Shown in pieces: positions 49,962 to 62,500 of a stretch of 64,000 nucleotides of DNA. Positions within the stretch are counted from its first letter, which is position 1. Each line of letters opens with the position of its first letter. The notes below the pieces were generated by a model. It was not told the DNA's origin, ran no database searches, and worked only from the letters and a program-made list of their open reading frames with translations. The DNA lies in assembly GCA_949358305.1 (NCBI GenBank), contig OX442314.1:26784001-26848000 (forward strand), read 5' to 3'. The stretch comes from Strigamia acuminata (Eukaryota). A program made the translations under genes and the position numbers.

Positions 49962-52900
49962 TATCCGATTCGTCTGATGAACCTGCGGACTCCCCGTCTA
50001 AATGGGGCGTTGATTTGCGCGATTTGACGGTGGATTTGTCCCTCTTATCGAGTTCCCGCCTAAGTCGTCGAATTTCGCGATCCTTACGTGAAAGACTCTC
50101 TCGTTCCTCTTCCGAAGAGCTAGAGTGAGAGGAAGCGGCAGACTCGTACTCTGAAACAGCTGACTACACCCAGTCAGCAACTAAGAGTGAGTAAATATAT
50201 TCTCATATTTTCGTTTTTATAAAATTACTTACGTGGGTCTCAGACTGGAACATACCCCACTCGTCTCTACGAGACCGAGACATTTCCGGGTGTCCGGCAG
50301 ACTCCCCCCGCTGAAGAGGAGCCCCGCCTGCCTGATTTTGCGAAAAAGCCATGAAAATGAGCTTTTCGATCGCCTGGGTTGATAGCCCTAAGTCGGAAAC
50401 GGGCGCATGATTGTTCGTAACATGCGAAGCGATAAAATCGGACCCTACCGGATTCCGTACATCCTCGAAAACTTCACGTATGTGCTCGATTTCTTTATCC
50501 GAAATTGGTTGTGGATCACTGACGATGGAACCATCTAGTAAAATTCTCGAATGGTTGGAGAGCGGAGGGGAGTTGGGTTCGTGGTGAACCTCTGCACATG
50601 TCGTGACATCGTTAGGCCTAGTGGCACTCGGGCGACCACGCGGGTTCCGCGCTTTTTTGGGGTTCAAAGCAACCTTGGAAGACTTCTTACTTCTAGTTTT
50701 GGTCGAATCCATCGTAAATGAAGGTTGAAGATCGGAAAAAACGGAAAAAACGATAAAAATAGCCAAAAACTTAAAGAACGCGAAAAACGCGTGCAAATAG
50801 CTTGGCTAGTAAAATTGGACTGGGGATCAGGTCTCGGGCTAAACCGGGGGTAAGGGTCAAGCCCTCCCCCTGGTATTTTTTCTTTAAAGTACTAGATTTT
50901 ATTTAATATATTGGACAAGCCTATAGTTAACAACATTTATTGCCTAGCTGTAATATAATTTGATTTTCAATTGTGATTAGTATTTATTTATGTTCTGAAT
51001 TGTTTTAAAATGAGTAAAAGGTGTAAAATTTATTAAATATTCACGCGGAATAAACAGTTTTGTGACAGTTTAAGTCGTTTTTCTATGAAGCCAACTCTTG
51101 TGACTGGCTTTATAATTATGAAATGGTCCTTATCAAATTCACATTTTCCCTGAAATTTTTTTTAGTATTTTTTTTATTTTTTACTTTTTATAAACTTAGA
51201 CGTTTATTTTAGTCGGTTTGTTCAATTTAGATATTTTATTTAGTGATTTTGTTTAAATTAGATGAATTCAAACCCGCGACATAATGGAATCCCGCAATCT
51301 ATTAAAGTATTTAGTATATTTAGTATAAAGTATTAAAGTGTAAATATCGCATACTTATTTCCACTGCTTGCAGCATTCTGATACTTTTTTCCAACCTCAT
51401 GTTAAGAAAACATTTTTTTTTTTTTGTAAATAGCCAAAAGTTAAATTAAATGTTGTTATTTAGCTCTTTATTGATTCCATCTAATTCTTTTACACCAATT
51501 TTTTACAGGAACTTTTTCTACTGATTTTTTGAGGCAGAAAAAGTATCGCATACTTTCTGCCAGGGGTTGTATATGTGATATATATTTCACTGGTTTCCCA
51601 GATACCAACATTTATGCATTGATTATAAGTGTTTAAAACTGTTCCATCACATACAAATTTCCACTGCATTCTGCTACAACCATGTTTGGCTCACAATGCG
51701 AAGTTCATGCATTCGACATTAATTGTCATATTATTCTGTTAGGTTTAACTGAGGGGTTGTGCCAAGTTTAAAATAACTTTAGAACAGACTCAAAAATTGA
51801 GGCGGCTGACAATCCAAGAAATCTTTGGTAGCTCGCTGAATTTCTTCAGTCTTTTTTTTTTAACTTTTGCGGTGTTTTTACAAAATTTGCACGAAAGCTA
51901 AATCTAAAAGGCTTTCTGCAGTTAAATTCCAAGTATCTTGTGTGGAAGAACGATACTTATTACTGAGCACCCAAATAATTTGATTCACACATGTTAAAAG
52001 GAATGAAATTAACGATTTGATGAAGGACTTATTTTGGGTACGAAATGGGGAGTAACTCTTGTTTCGTAGTTGTAGGAACCTTGAAAAACATTTTTTAAAT
52101 AATAAAGAAAGTTTTGCTTTGGTTAAATGGGTTTATTGAAGTATCATTTTCTCTTTTGTTGTGTCCTTTCCAAAAGAACCATAATTGAGAAAAGGACATT
52201 AGCTTTTATTCATATTTTACAGTTGTAGTGATGGCGAGAAAACATAGAACTAAAAATGGAAGCAGTTGACTGTTGAAAGCTGTAGCGTTTTTGTCAAAGA
52301 CCTTAACTATTTTTTCGTCAGGTGGCGATAGTAGCAATGTACTTATGAGCATGGCAGCGTTGTTGCAACTAGCCGAAATGGTAAATTGTATAACGGAACA
52401 AAGAAAGCGTATTTAAAAAAATTGTAAATGATAAAGTATTGTAATGTCTGATATATTTCAAGCCTCGCACCGCATTAAACTAATGGGTTCAAATGAAAAT
52501 GATAATGCTAAAATGCGCCTGCGCCAAGTTAAAACCGATTAGTATCAATAAATTACTCTTTCTTTCTTTTTTTATTTTATTTATTTACTTATTTATTTAT
52601 TTTCCTGTTAGGTTGGTACATGACTACTAAAATGAACCGGTATACAACAACGATGAAAGAGACAGACGATACATAGTAAAGAGATATTGACTTTTGAAGG
52701 TACGATTTTACAATGCGTATTTTTAATGTGATGTGATTTCAGTCTTGCAACAAAGTATCGTTTAATTACAAATCAATGCGAGATCAAATTCTTAGGAGTA
52801 CGTTAAAACAAACCATTTGCAATCGTGGTTTATCGGTATTTTAACAAACCATTTATTGCTGTCATTATCCGTTAAGGTGCATTTATTTTTAGTTTTATTG

Positions 52901-53184
52901 TGTATATAGAATTCCACATAAGTAAACCAACTAATACGATAACCTCAATATGCTGATACAGGGTGTAACTAATTTTAAGAATTGAAGTGGGTGTTTTTAT
53001 TCAGCTAATGATAGGAAATGAAGTTTGAGTATTAGACAATTGATACACGGCAAAACATAGAGAAATACACTAGGAACCAGCGTTATGTGGGTCACAAAAG
53101 CAATTTTTTTAGATTGTTATAGTTGTGCAAATAAATAAGTACCTGTATATGTAGTAAAGGAAATCAAAAGTGGAAAAAAAACAT

Positions 53185-53392
53185 TTTTTGATTATGGGTT
53201 GACATTTTCTAGCTAGTGAATAAGTATTACTAATTCTTTTTGATTATGGGTTGACATTTTCTAGCTAGTGAATAAGTATTACTAATTCTTTTTGATTATG
53301 GGTTGACATTTTCTAGCTAGTGAATAAGTACTTGTATTACTAATTCTTTTTGATTATGGGTTGACATTTTCTAACCACTCAATAAGTATTAC
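53185..53392. repeat. 52-bp tandem repeat, about 4 copies
   Basis: TTTTGATTATGGGTTGACATTTTCTAGCTAGTGAATAAGTATTACTAATTCT. Confidence 0.9.
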
Positions 53393-53518
53393 TAAAAAAA
53401 TTCATTGCGTTGGGGATAAAGTAGGTTGCTAAAATGTTCGAGTATCTTTGCATTAATCTGCAGAATTTGATTTAGAACTCAACATATGGTATACCACAAT
53501 TGATATAATACCGGGTAC

Positions 53519-56500
53519 TTAAGAAAAATAATTTTTAACAGTTGTGTAGCAGTTTTGAAACAACTCTGGTATGATGAGCAACGATAGACCAAACAATAAA
53601 CCAAAGGCATTTGCCAAATCACAGAAAAGAGCTTCGAGGCTGTATTTTAACATTTCAACGTATTGCTCGATGAAATTTGTAGCTGGCATTATTAAAACAA
53701 AAGGTACAGTTGTTGTTTTAGGATCCTGAAAATAAAGATTTGTTTGGTGAATAACTTTATTGCAAGTAGGCCGACAGTCACATTCTCCTTTTGTGTTGAT
53801 ATTCAGAGACAAATTAATGAATTTTGCCAAGACTTCTTTAGCTTCTGATGCAGACTTGCACGTGTTTGTAAATGTGTTAGTGGTAAATGGTAACCTAGTC
53901 GATAATTCAAATATGTTTTCACGTGTCATACGACTGCTAATAACTTACCGGCACGAGATTGATTCGAATAACTTGTCTTGAAAGCATTTGTCGTGGCATT
54001 GTATATATTCTTCTTCCTTTTCAATACATGGACGTGATTTCAAATTCAGTGAAGTTTTCTGTAAGTGTAGAGAATTGGTTAAATTACTCTTAAGTGTTTT
54101 TTTCCTGTTATGCGATTTTACATTACAACAAGTAGTTAAACAGTAATTTATAGCTACTTTATTCAGGTTTTTTTGGAAGGTGGAGGATAATATGAGTAAA
54201 AAAATTGGCGGGGGATTATTAGTTTATTCCTGGGTAAGGTTTAGCTTCGGAATCCAATCCAAACAGGAAACACGAGAGATTCTGGTTTTTGTTAATAATA
54301 TAATCATAATATCAAAATATTTAGATTGCCTAATCATGTGTGGTATTTTTGGAATTACCGTATTCTATAAAAAATGGAAATTATTTGTCGTATAAGTATA
54401 ATATATTTTACTTCGAAAGATGATATTTGCAGTATTGACATGGTAGAGAAATCGATGTTCCGTCGACTTGTAAGAATAGATTGGATTTTAGCTCCAGGTG
54501 GACGAAAGTACAACTACAAATTTAAAATAAAAAAATAAAAAATTGAAGCTATTCGATAATATAAAACGAGACATTCATTATTTACACAGCATGTAGTAAT
54601 ATGAGAGAACCAGATTATGCTGTGGCGTAGCAAGAAGTCAACGGGCCCGAAAGCAAGTTGGGTTTGATGGGCTCTTTATCACAGATGCAGCTTACACACC
54701 AGTAAGATTTTTCGATACTTACCTTCTTAAGCCCTAGGAATTTGTGTAAAATTTTGACCGTTTCTTTTGCGAATCTTTTGTATTAATCTAGAAAGTAAAA
54801 TAAGTGTACCCCCTCCCCCCCCCCCCCCTTGAATTCCTGCTAGCATAAAATCCTGAGTTGTGACTCGTTCAAATCGGGTTGTTTCGATTTAACCAAGTTT
54901 GGCAAAAGAGCTTATAGTAATCATTGACGGTATGTCGTCGACTAGTCGTAATCGTCGACGATGTGACCCGAGCTCATTTTTTTTTGCGGTAAAAAATCGT
55001 TCTGTTATCTTACCTGCCACAATCCATCAGAACAGTTACTCTTTACATTTATAAGAGCAATAAAGAATGCAGATGCAGCTCCAGCGTACTTTAGAGGCTC
55101 TAAAACAAAATAAAAAGGATCTTCAATTGTTTATTTTATGTTATTTTTATAACTTTCTCTGTACTTGTAATATATTCCAAGCATGTTCCCGAATGCAGTT
55201 GTAAGTCATTGAAACTGTGAGTGACATTTGTTGAATTTAACCCGAGTATCTGGAATATTGTGAATTTCAGCATTAATTATAATCTACTGAACCTGAAATA
55301 GATTGCATAAACAAAATAGCAAAAAAAAAATCGTATTCTGCCTCCAACTGCAGTGGTTTTTGAACTTGGTTGCATACTACAGTAGTAATGTAACTGAAAC
55401 TGACAAAATTGAAATATTTTTACTCAGTTTGTTCAATTTAAACACTCTTTATAGAGCACTTGATTTAAAATCCTTCAGGTTCAGTTATTCAGTGTATGGT
55501 TCCAATAAGCAATAACAATTGGCACACAGAAAGACAAATACTCAGCGAGCTAAGAAATAAACATGAATAACACTTACCTTTGGAACATGTTTCATTACGA
55601 CTTTATTCAATTGAGGCTTTTGATATCTCCATAATGTTTCGAGCGATGGTTTCTTATCACTGTTCATTAGATCAATGAAATGAATTCTGCATGGATTTTT
55701 CATAATCTTCTTTGCATATCGTTCTCTGTATACGGTCATTAGTTTGCCATCGTTGCAGGCAATTATATTAGGCATGTAAATTGTATCGTTTTCTTTAACT
55801 TCAACTATGACTTTGATTGGTTCGCTGTAGTATAGCTGTATTTTCGTTGCAGTTAAATATACGGCAATTATGGTATTTGTCAATAACACAATTAAACGCA
55901 CGAAACGACAAATCGATGGCATTTTATGTGAAGTAATGTGGCTTGTTTTAGACATTACTTTCTCATGTATCTCCACTATTTTACTTTTAAGGTTTGTGTT
56001 TGATTGACGAAGAGGCTGAGAATTGTATCTTCTAATTTTCTCGTACAGTCGCTTAATCAATGCTTGTCCTATTGCTACCAAGGATAACAATGATAATCCC
56101 AATGAAAATCCCAAATTTCCGCCAAAGTCTACTAGCAATGCGATTATGTCGTAGTCAGGCACTTCAGTCATGACTATGAATGTTGTATCAGGTTGTTTCA
56201 TTTCAATGACAACTGTACTCTTGTCGGGTGATCTCGCTGAGGCTACTTCCGTTATGTATATTTGCTTCGTGCAAGGTCTCAAGCAACCACAATCCAATGT
56301 TGCTTTTGTTGATAATACATGTTTGAATGTGTTGCCATGAGTTTTAGCAACAATTGTTTTATTTTTTACCTCGCTGCAATCCCTAATTTCATTGTTAAAA
56401 TCCATATATGGTAGTCTGAAATTTAAAAACTCTTTTTATTTATATCAGCTGTGGCAGCTGTGTCAGCCTGGGGACTTTATACCATGGGTGGGATGCATAC

Positions 56501-59500
56501 TCATGTTAAATAAGACAAAGGACTCCAGATTGATGGGTTGTTGGCCTTTATTATTGTTGTCTAGGGGTTGGAGTCTCCAGTCTACCCATGTGTTTGGCGG
56601 TGCCATACCAGCACCGACCCGTCACACATGGGGAGGGATCCCCATGAATGACGTGGCCGGTTGGACATAACTATTTTGTCGCACTTAACCGTACAGCCCA
56701 TGTAACTGCTCATGGAGGTTGTGGTAGATCAACTATCTCACCACTGAGCGTCACCGTGGTGAATAGGGAAGAGAGCAGAGTCAGCACAGAGCACGACTTC
56801 TCTTGCTGGCTTTAGGACTTCGCTTTACATGTCTGTCTCTGTCGAGACTCAGCGCTCTTCTGTCCCTACACCACTCCGCTCCTTCCTTCCCCTTACTGGC
56901 GAATCGCCTAAGGGCGAATTTCCAAAATTCGCCGTTGGAAACATATTTTGGTGTTTCCAATGGCGAAATGAATAAAATTCGCCATTGGAAACGTTTTTTG
57001 AGTGCAGGAATGTTTCATTTCTACCATTTGCCATTGGAAACATATTTTCCTGTTTCCAAGGGCGAAAGTGGCAAATTTGTTTTTAATGTAAAATTCTCTA
57101 TTGTATTTTGGGTATTTCTTCTTCCAATTCCTAAGAAGGGCTAACCGCGTACCTAACCTTACTGGTTTTTTGATGCAAAACCATTTTTTGGGACGGCTTG
57201 TCGCGGTAGATAATGTGGCAAAATTCAACATCCATATATTCGCCATTGGAAATGCAAAATCCTTTCCAATGGCAAAATTCAACATACAGTCAAAACTCTT
57301 TATGACGAATCGCAAGGAACCCGAAAAATCGATTCAGCCAACCAAACCAGCCATTTTTAGGTATTCGTTATATCGATATATCGTTATATCGCGATTCGTT
57401 ATAAAGAGTATCGACTGTACCAATATTCGCCATCGGAAACGCAAAACCGTTTCCAATGGCGAATTTCAACATACACATTCGCCATTGGAAACGTTTTTGC
57501 GTTTCCAATGGCAAATTGTTTTTAATGTTTACCAATTCGACATTATAAAGGTCCAAAAGCCGTCCCAATGGCGAATTGGGAGAAATTTGTCATTGAGACT
57601 GCTTTTGGACAGAATAACATAGAAATTCGCTATTCGTAGGAATGGACAGATTACGGCACCCCTGGGTCATATCACTCCGTGAGGAGGAGTGACCTTGGGG
57701 CCATTGGGCAGTGTATGTTAGTGACGCAAGTCACCATTGGGTGGCCAAGCGGTCACACAGCAATAGGAAGAAATGTGTTTTTATTTTTATTTTAAAGTTA
57801 CATTTCAAGTTTGATAAACCTGACTATACTGACTAACCGGCATTCAGGGTTCTCATTTCGAGTCAAACAATCTTCGTAACACTTTATACTATCTTCTTCG
57901 TTGGAATTGCACCCAGGGTGTTGTGATGGTAGGAAATTGTACTGGAAATTAAAATGTTAATTCTCAAAGACTTACAATTTTGTATTTACCACATCAAAAA
58001 CACAAAGGCAATGTCTAGTGCCAGGGTAAAATAACTTCTGAATCATTCTAATCTATTCTCAATGTAGCAACAAATTTGTAGCAACTGAGAAATCTTTCTT
58101 GCAAGAAGAATATGTCAACCACAATAATGTTTGTTTTATTAACACATCAGAGTTTTGTCTTTAGTTTGAAATGATAACGCGAGCATACAGTATGCTCTTA
58201 ATTACAGCATAAGAACGGAAAAAAATAGGCCGAGGATATTCTTACGTACGTACGTAAGAATAGCGTATTGGCTATTCCTACGTACGTACGTAAGAATAAC
58301 GTTTGCCCGACGTGCCGCTATTCTTACGTACATACCTACGTACGTACGGGCAGGGATGAATGAAACCCACCAGCATGTCGCGCTCAGGATTTGCTCCTCA
58401 AAACAAACAAAATGAAACCAGCGTTTTGTTTTTTTATTTTCTTTTTTTAATAATGGAATATTTTGGTCATTTCAGACATTGAATTCAGTCATTTAGGTCA
58501 TTTCAGACATTGAATTCAGTCGTTTTGGTCATTTCAGACAATTTCAGACATTGAATTCAGTCGTTTTGGGCAACACTACTAACAATAGAATCATTCACAA
58601 CAAATTATTACAACAAAACTAAACCTAAACTAACCTCATTGATTGGGTCGAAATAGCGCGACACCACACGTGTAGGTGGTATATAATCCTCCCACATACC
58701 GGTACGTAAGAATAATGACCCCCCCCTGGCGGCCCGCTATGTACGTAAGAATAGCCATACGTTATTCTTACGTACGTACGTACAAATATACAGTTTTTCA
58801 GGGGCCGAGGATGGGCTTTCCTGCAATTTTCGGTATGTACGTAAGAATAGCGTATCGGCTATTCTTACGTACGTACGTAAGAATAGCCACGGCGAAAAAG
58901 GCAACAAAAGAAGTAAATAAATAACTAGATTTTTCCCTGTCAGTAGACATTTGCAAACATATAACTTCGGTAGATACCTGTCGGCAATGATAATTCACTA
59001 ACAACATATTGCCCATATCTGCTGGTACTGAATATTCAAAAGTCATTAGAGGATTTATGGCCATTGCCTATCGGAGACAAATTCTATTTAGCAATAAATA
59101 CTAAGCGCATTCACAAATGCGTGCTTAACTTGCAGTTAAACACGTTTTGCTGTTTAAATGTCGTGCGCATGCACACTGCGACTGAAAACAGACTAAATTA
59201 GTCGTTATTTTTTACGTTAGATTGGAATAACAGTTTATAAACTGCTGTTTAAATATGTTGCTTAAGATTTAGTTTAATGTAAATGACTATAAAAATTTCC
59301 AGTAAACTAATCATGTCCATATTAGGTCACAACCGTAATACCCAGCTTTGGAGAGCATGCTCTATCGAGTTTGACCAGATCTGGGGATATGATTGGCTGG
59401 TTCATTTGATGCCGTGCCATAAAAGTTGAATTCCTGCTCGTTTTATCCAGCACTGCCAGAAAATTTAGAACGGGTACCCGTATGAAAAAAATACCGTAGT

Positions 59501-62500
59501 ATGATTGCATACTATTCATTGTCAATGGCTAGTTCATCCTAAGTTGAGTAAAATGTATGGCAAATGCTGGATAATTCAAATTTTCTGGCAATTGGGGATA
59601 AATTTGTTGGAGGGGGGGGGGGGAATAAATTTATTAGGGAAAACTAAAGTTAGGGGAGTGACATAATTTAATTGGGGGGGGGTTGAGTGGGGGAAATTAA
59701 AATCATATTAGGGGGGTAAATGAGTCTGAAATGGGGGGAAAATAATTTGTCGCCTTTCCGAACAATAGGTACCAAACCGGTAATCGATTACAATGTCTAA
59801 TGCGATCTAATGCATTTAATGCAATTATGGAGTTCTGATCTGCTTTTAAGTGTCAGTACACAAGTGAAATGGCTCTGCCAATGGGAGAAGGCCCAACTTA
59901 TAGTGAGTTACCGGTATGTACAGTCTGTACCCTCACTCTAGGCTGGCAATTGAAATTGTGACTAATTTCGTGTTTTGCTACTACCGTCTTCCCCCGAATA
60001 TGACACCATGGTGTTGTATTCGTCCAAAATTATGCAAGTTTGACAAAGAAGTAAAATTCGTAAAAACTCTATGAATTTGTATTTATTACTCTGTTTAAAA
60101 AAACAAACAAGTAATACAAGTTAACAAAAACAACTATAAAAAAAACACTAACTGAAAACGTACGTGAGCTATAATGACAGCAAACGTACGAAAAACGTTC
60201 AGTGCACCTTTTGGATGCATATACTGTACTGTATGTTTTTAATATTTTTAGAAAAATTTGAATATAACACCATGGTGTTATAGCTGAAGTGGTGTTATAT
60301 TCGAATTTTTGGTCAATGTTTTCAAACTTGCCATTTTGACCAAAACTCGAATACAACACCATGGTGTTATATTCGGGGGAAGACGGTAGGTGAAACACCA
60401 GACATCAACAGGTGATCATACTTGTATAATACTTGTATAGCAGACAAAGGTATATAAGTATTATCACCTGTTGATTTCTGGTGTTTAACCTAGTGGCAAA
60501 ACACGAAATTACTCACAATTTCAATTGCCAGCCTAGAGTGAGGGTCCAGTTTTTTGAACACGACTGTACATACAATATTAAACATCTCATCTATCTTCGA
60601 TGTTAAATCGTTCGTTATGTTACTTGGGAGGAGTTTGTTTTTCCGTAATTTGCCTGGAACAATTTAAAGGAAAGTAAAGTAAACACCCTGTATTCTCACC
60701 ATCAGAGCTGGTTTCTCGCAGCTTCCATTTTTCTGAAACTGGTACATCATAGAGAATCCCTCAGCCATGGACAAATCTAAAAATTTCAATGGTATAACTT
60801 GAAACTTATTTACTGTATCCAGATCAGATAAAAATCCTTTCCTCACTTAATGTTGTAGCAGTTATTGGAGATATTTTTAATTTGATGGTAGATTGGCAGA
60901 AAATAGCACATTCTATTGTTATTAGTGAGTTTGCGGTTGCCAATTGTTCCTTATAATTATGAGTTACAAGCTCATAATTATAAAAATGGACTTATAACAT
61001 AACGTAACTCCTCAACTTTTACACTGTTTTGTAAAATAAGGGAGCCAATCAGATCGCTTAACACTATTTGAAGCTCCTCCCACTATTGCAAATGGCGCTG
61101 AAGGTGCTGATGGAAATTCAAAATGGCTGCCTGACCTGTTTCAACATTCAGCCTCAATCACAATTTTTTTCTGCCATCGAAGGATAGAAACAACTAAAAT
61201 CATTCCAGGTAAGCAAATAAATAAACTGGAAGACAATTTTATGTCTGAAAAATGTCAAATTAGTAAAACTACAGATTTTCATTTTCTTTTGCATATGGAT
61301 TTGTTCTACCATTACATGCAAAGGATTTGTACTGTTAACATGGTATTTATAAGTATAATTTATAAAATATATTTGTTGTACCGCAAGTGCCTATTTCAAC
61401 AGGGAATCATAATTATAATTATGAGCTTGTAACTCATAATTATAAGCAACAATTGGCAACCGCAAACTCCCTATTGATAATGAAGCATCGTTACAACATT
61501 TGTTATCAAGGTGTAATTTCTGAACCAACAATTCTAGACTAAAAATGTTAATCGAAAATATTGTCTAGCATTGTTGATTAAGAATTTAAAACTGGGAAGA
61601 CAATGTCGCAACGATACTACAAAAACAACAGATGTCTCATTGGATTTGTCATGTCCAATTTCCTACCAATTTTAGTTTTATCTTGGGCGTAATGGCTATG
61701 TGCGAGCATGACGAGGAAAGGACTTTTTTCTGCTTTGTAGAGCAGTTTTTATTACTTGTTTTGAAGATTAAAGCAACGCCCATCATTGTATTTTTTTCAC
61801 TGATCTCTACATTTGAATTAGTTGTTACCATTTTGCCATTATTTTTAGTCATTTTAAAAATAGATTTCTTGTACTAAAAAAAGAAATATCTCACTTAAAT
61901 ACAATAAAGGAATAAAGCGAATCAAAAAAGGAAATGAGGTGCTGAACTTTACTTTTACATATTTGTTTAAAGCCCATTTACAAACGGATCGTGGTAATTA
62001 GATCGAATAAAACAAGAGTGAAATCGGATTTTGCTCTCATTAATGTCATTAAAATTGAATGGATTTTTATGCCACCTGGTAGATTAACTTAAAACAGCTA
62101 AACTGCAGGGAAGTTTCTTTTGTCCACCACTGTACATGCTTTGTCAACACATACAAGTAGTATGTACATTTTTCTCTGATGATGAGCATCTTGCCTGCGG
62201 ATTGCTTCACTTTAGTGACGCCGTTTTTAAGGTGCTTAAAAACTTCAGTTAGTTTAGGTTAGTTTAGGTGTGGTTAGTTTAGGTTAGGTCATGAAGCTGC
62301 ATTTGCGATTAATCAGAGATGTAGCATGTGCGTGGACGCTGGCCCACGAGCCTACAGTAGGGGGCCTATGAGGGATGAAGGGGGTCCGTAGAGATTGAGT
62401 GGTGACCATATTTTTTTCAGCTTTTTAGGCTTTTAGAGTATCAAAATCTTAGCTATGGCTCTGCTAAGGGCCCGTCATCCAACTTGCACACAGGTCACAG

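Larger units (their letters stand above)
44030..50960 (-). mobile_element. DIRS1-type tyrosine-recombinase retrotransposon, internally deleted (no RT/RNase H) and interrupted by Copia
   Basis: Inverted terminal repeats at 44078-44213 and 50810-50945. Internal complementary region 44411-44507 matches both outer extensions. Gag-position ORF at 50203-50796 and a tyrosine recombinase ORF. Confidence 0.88.

Noticed and set aside
60573..60654. Extra channel exon (GKLRKNKLLPS...)
   Set aside because: Not needed: 60776-60700 has better splice sites and matches the phase and motif pattern of the domain 2 equivalent.
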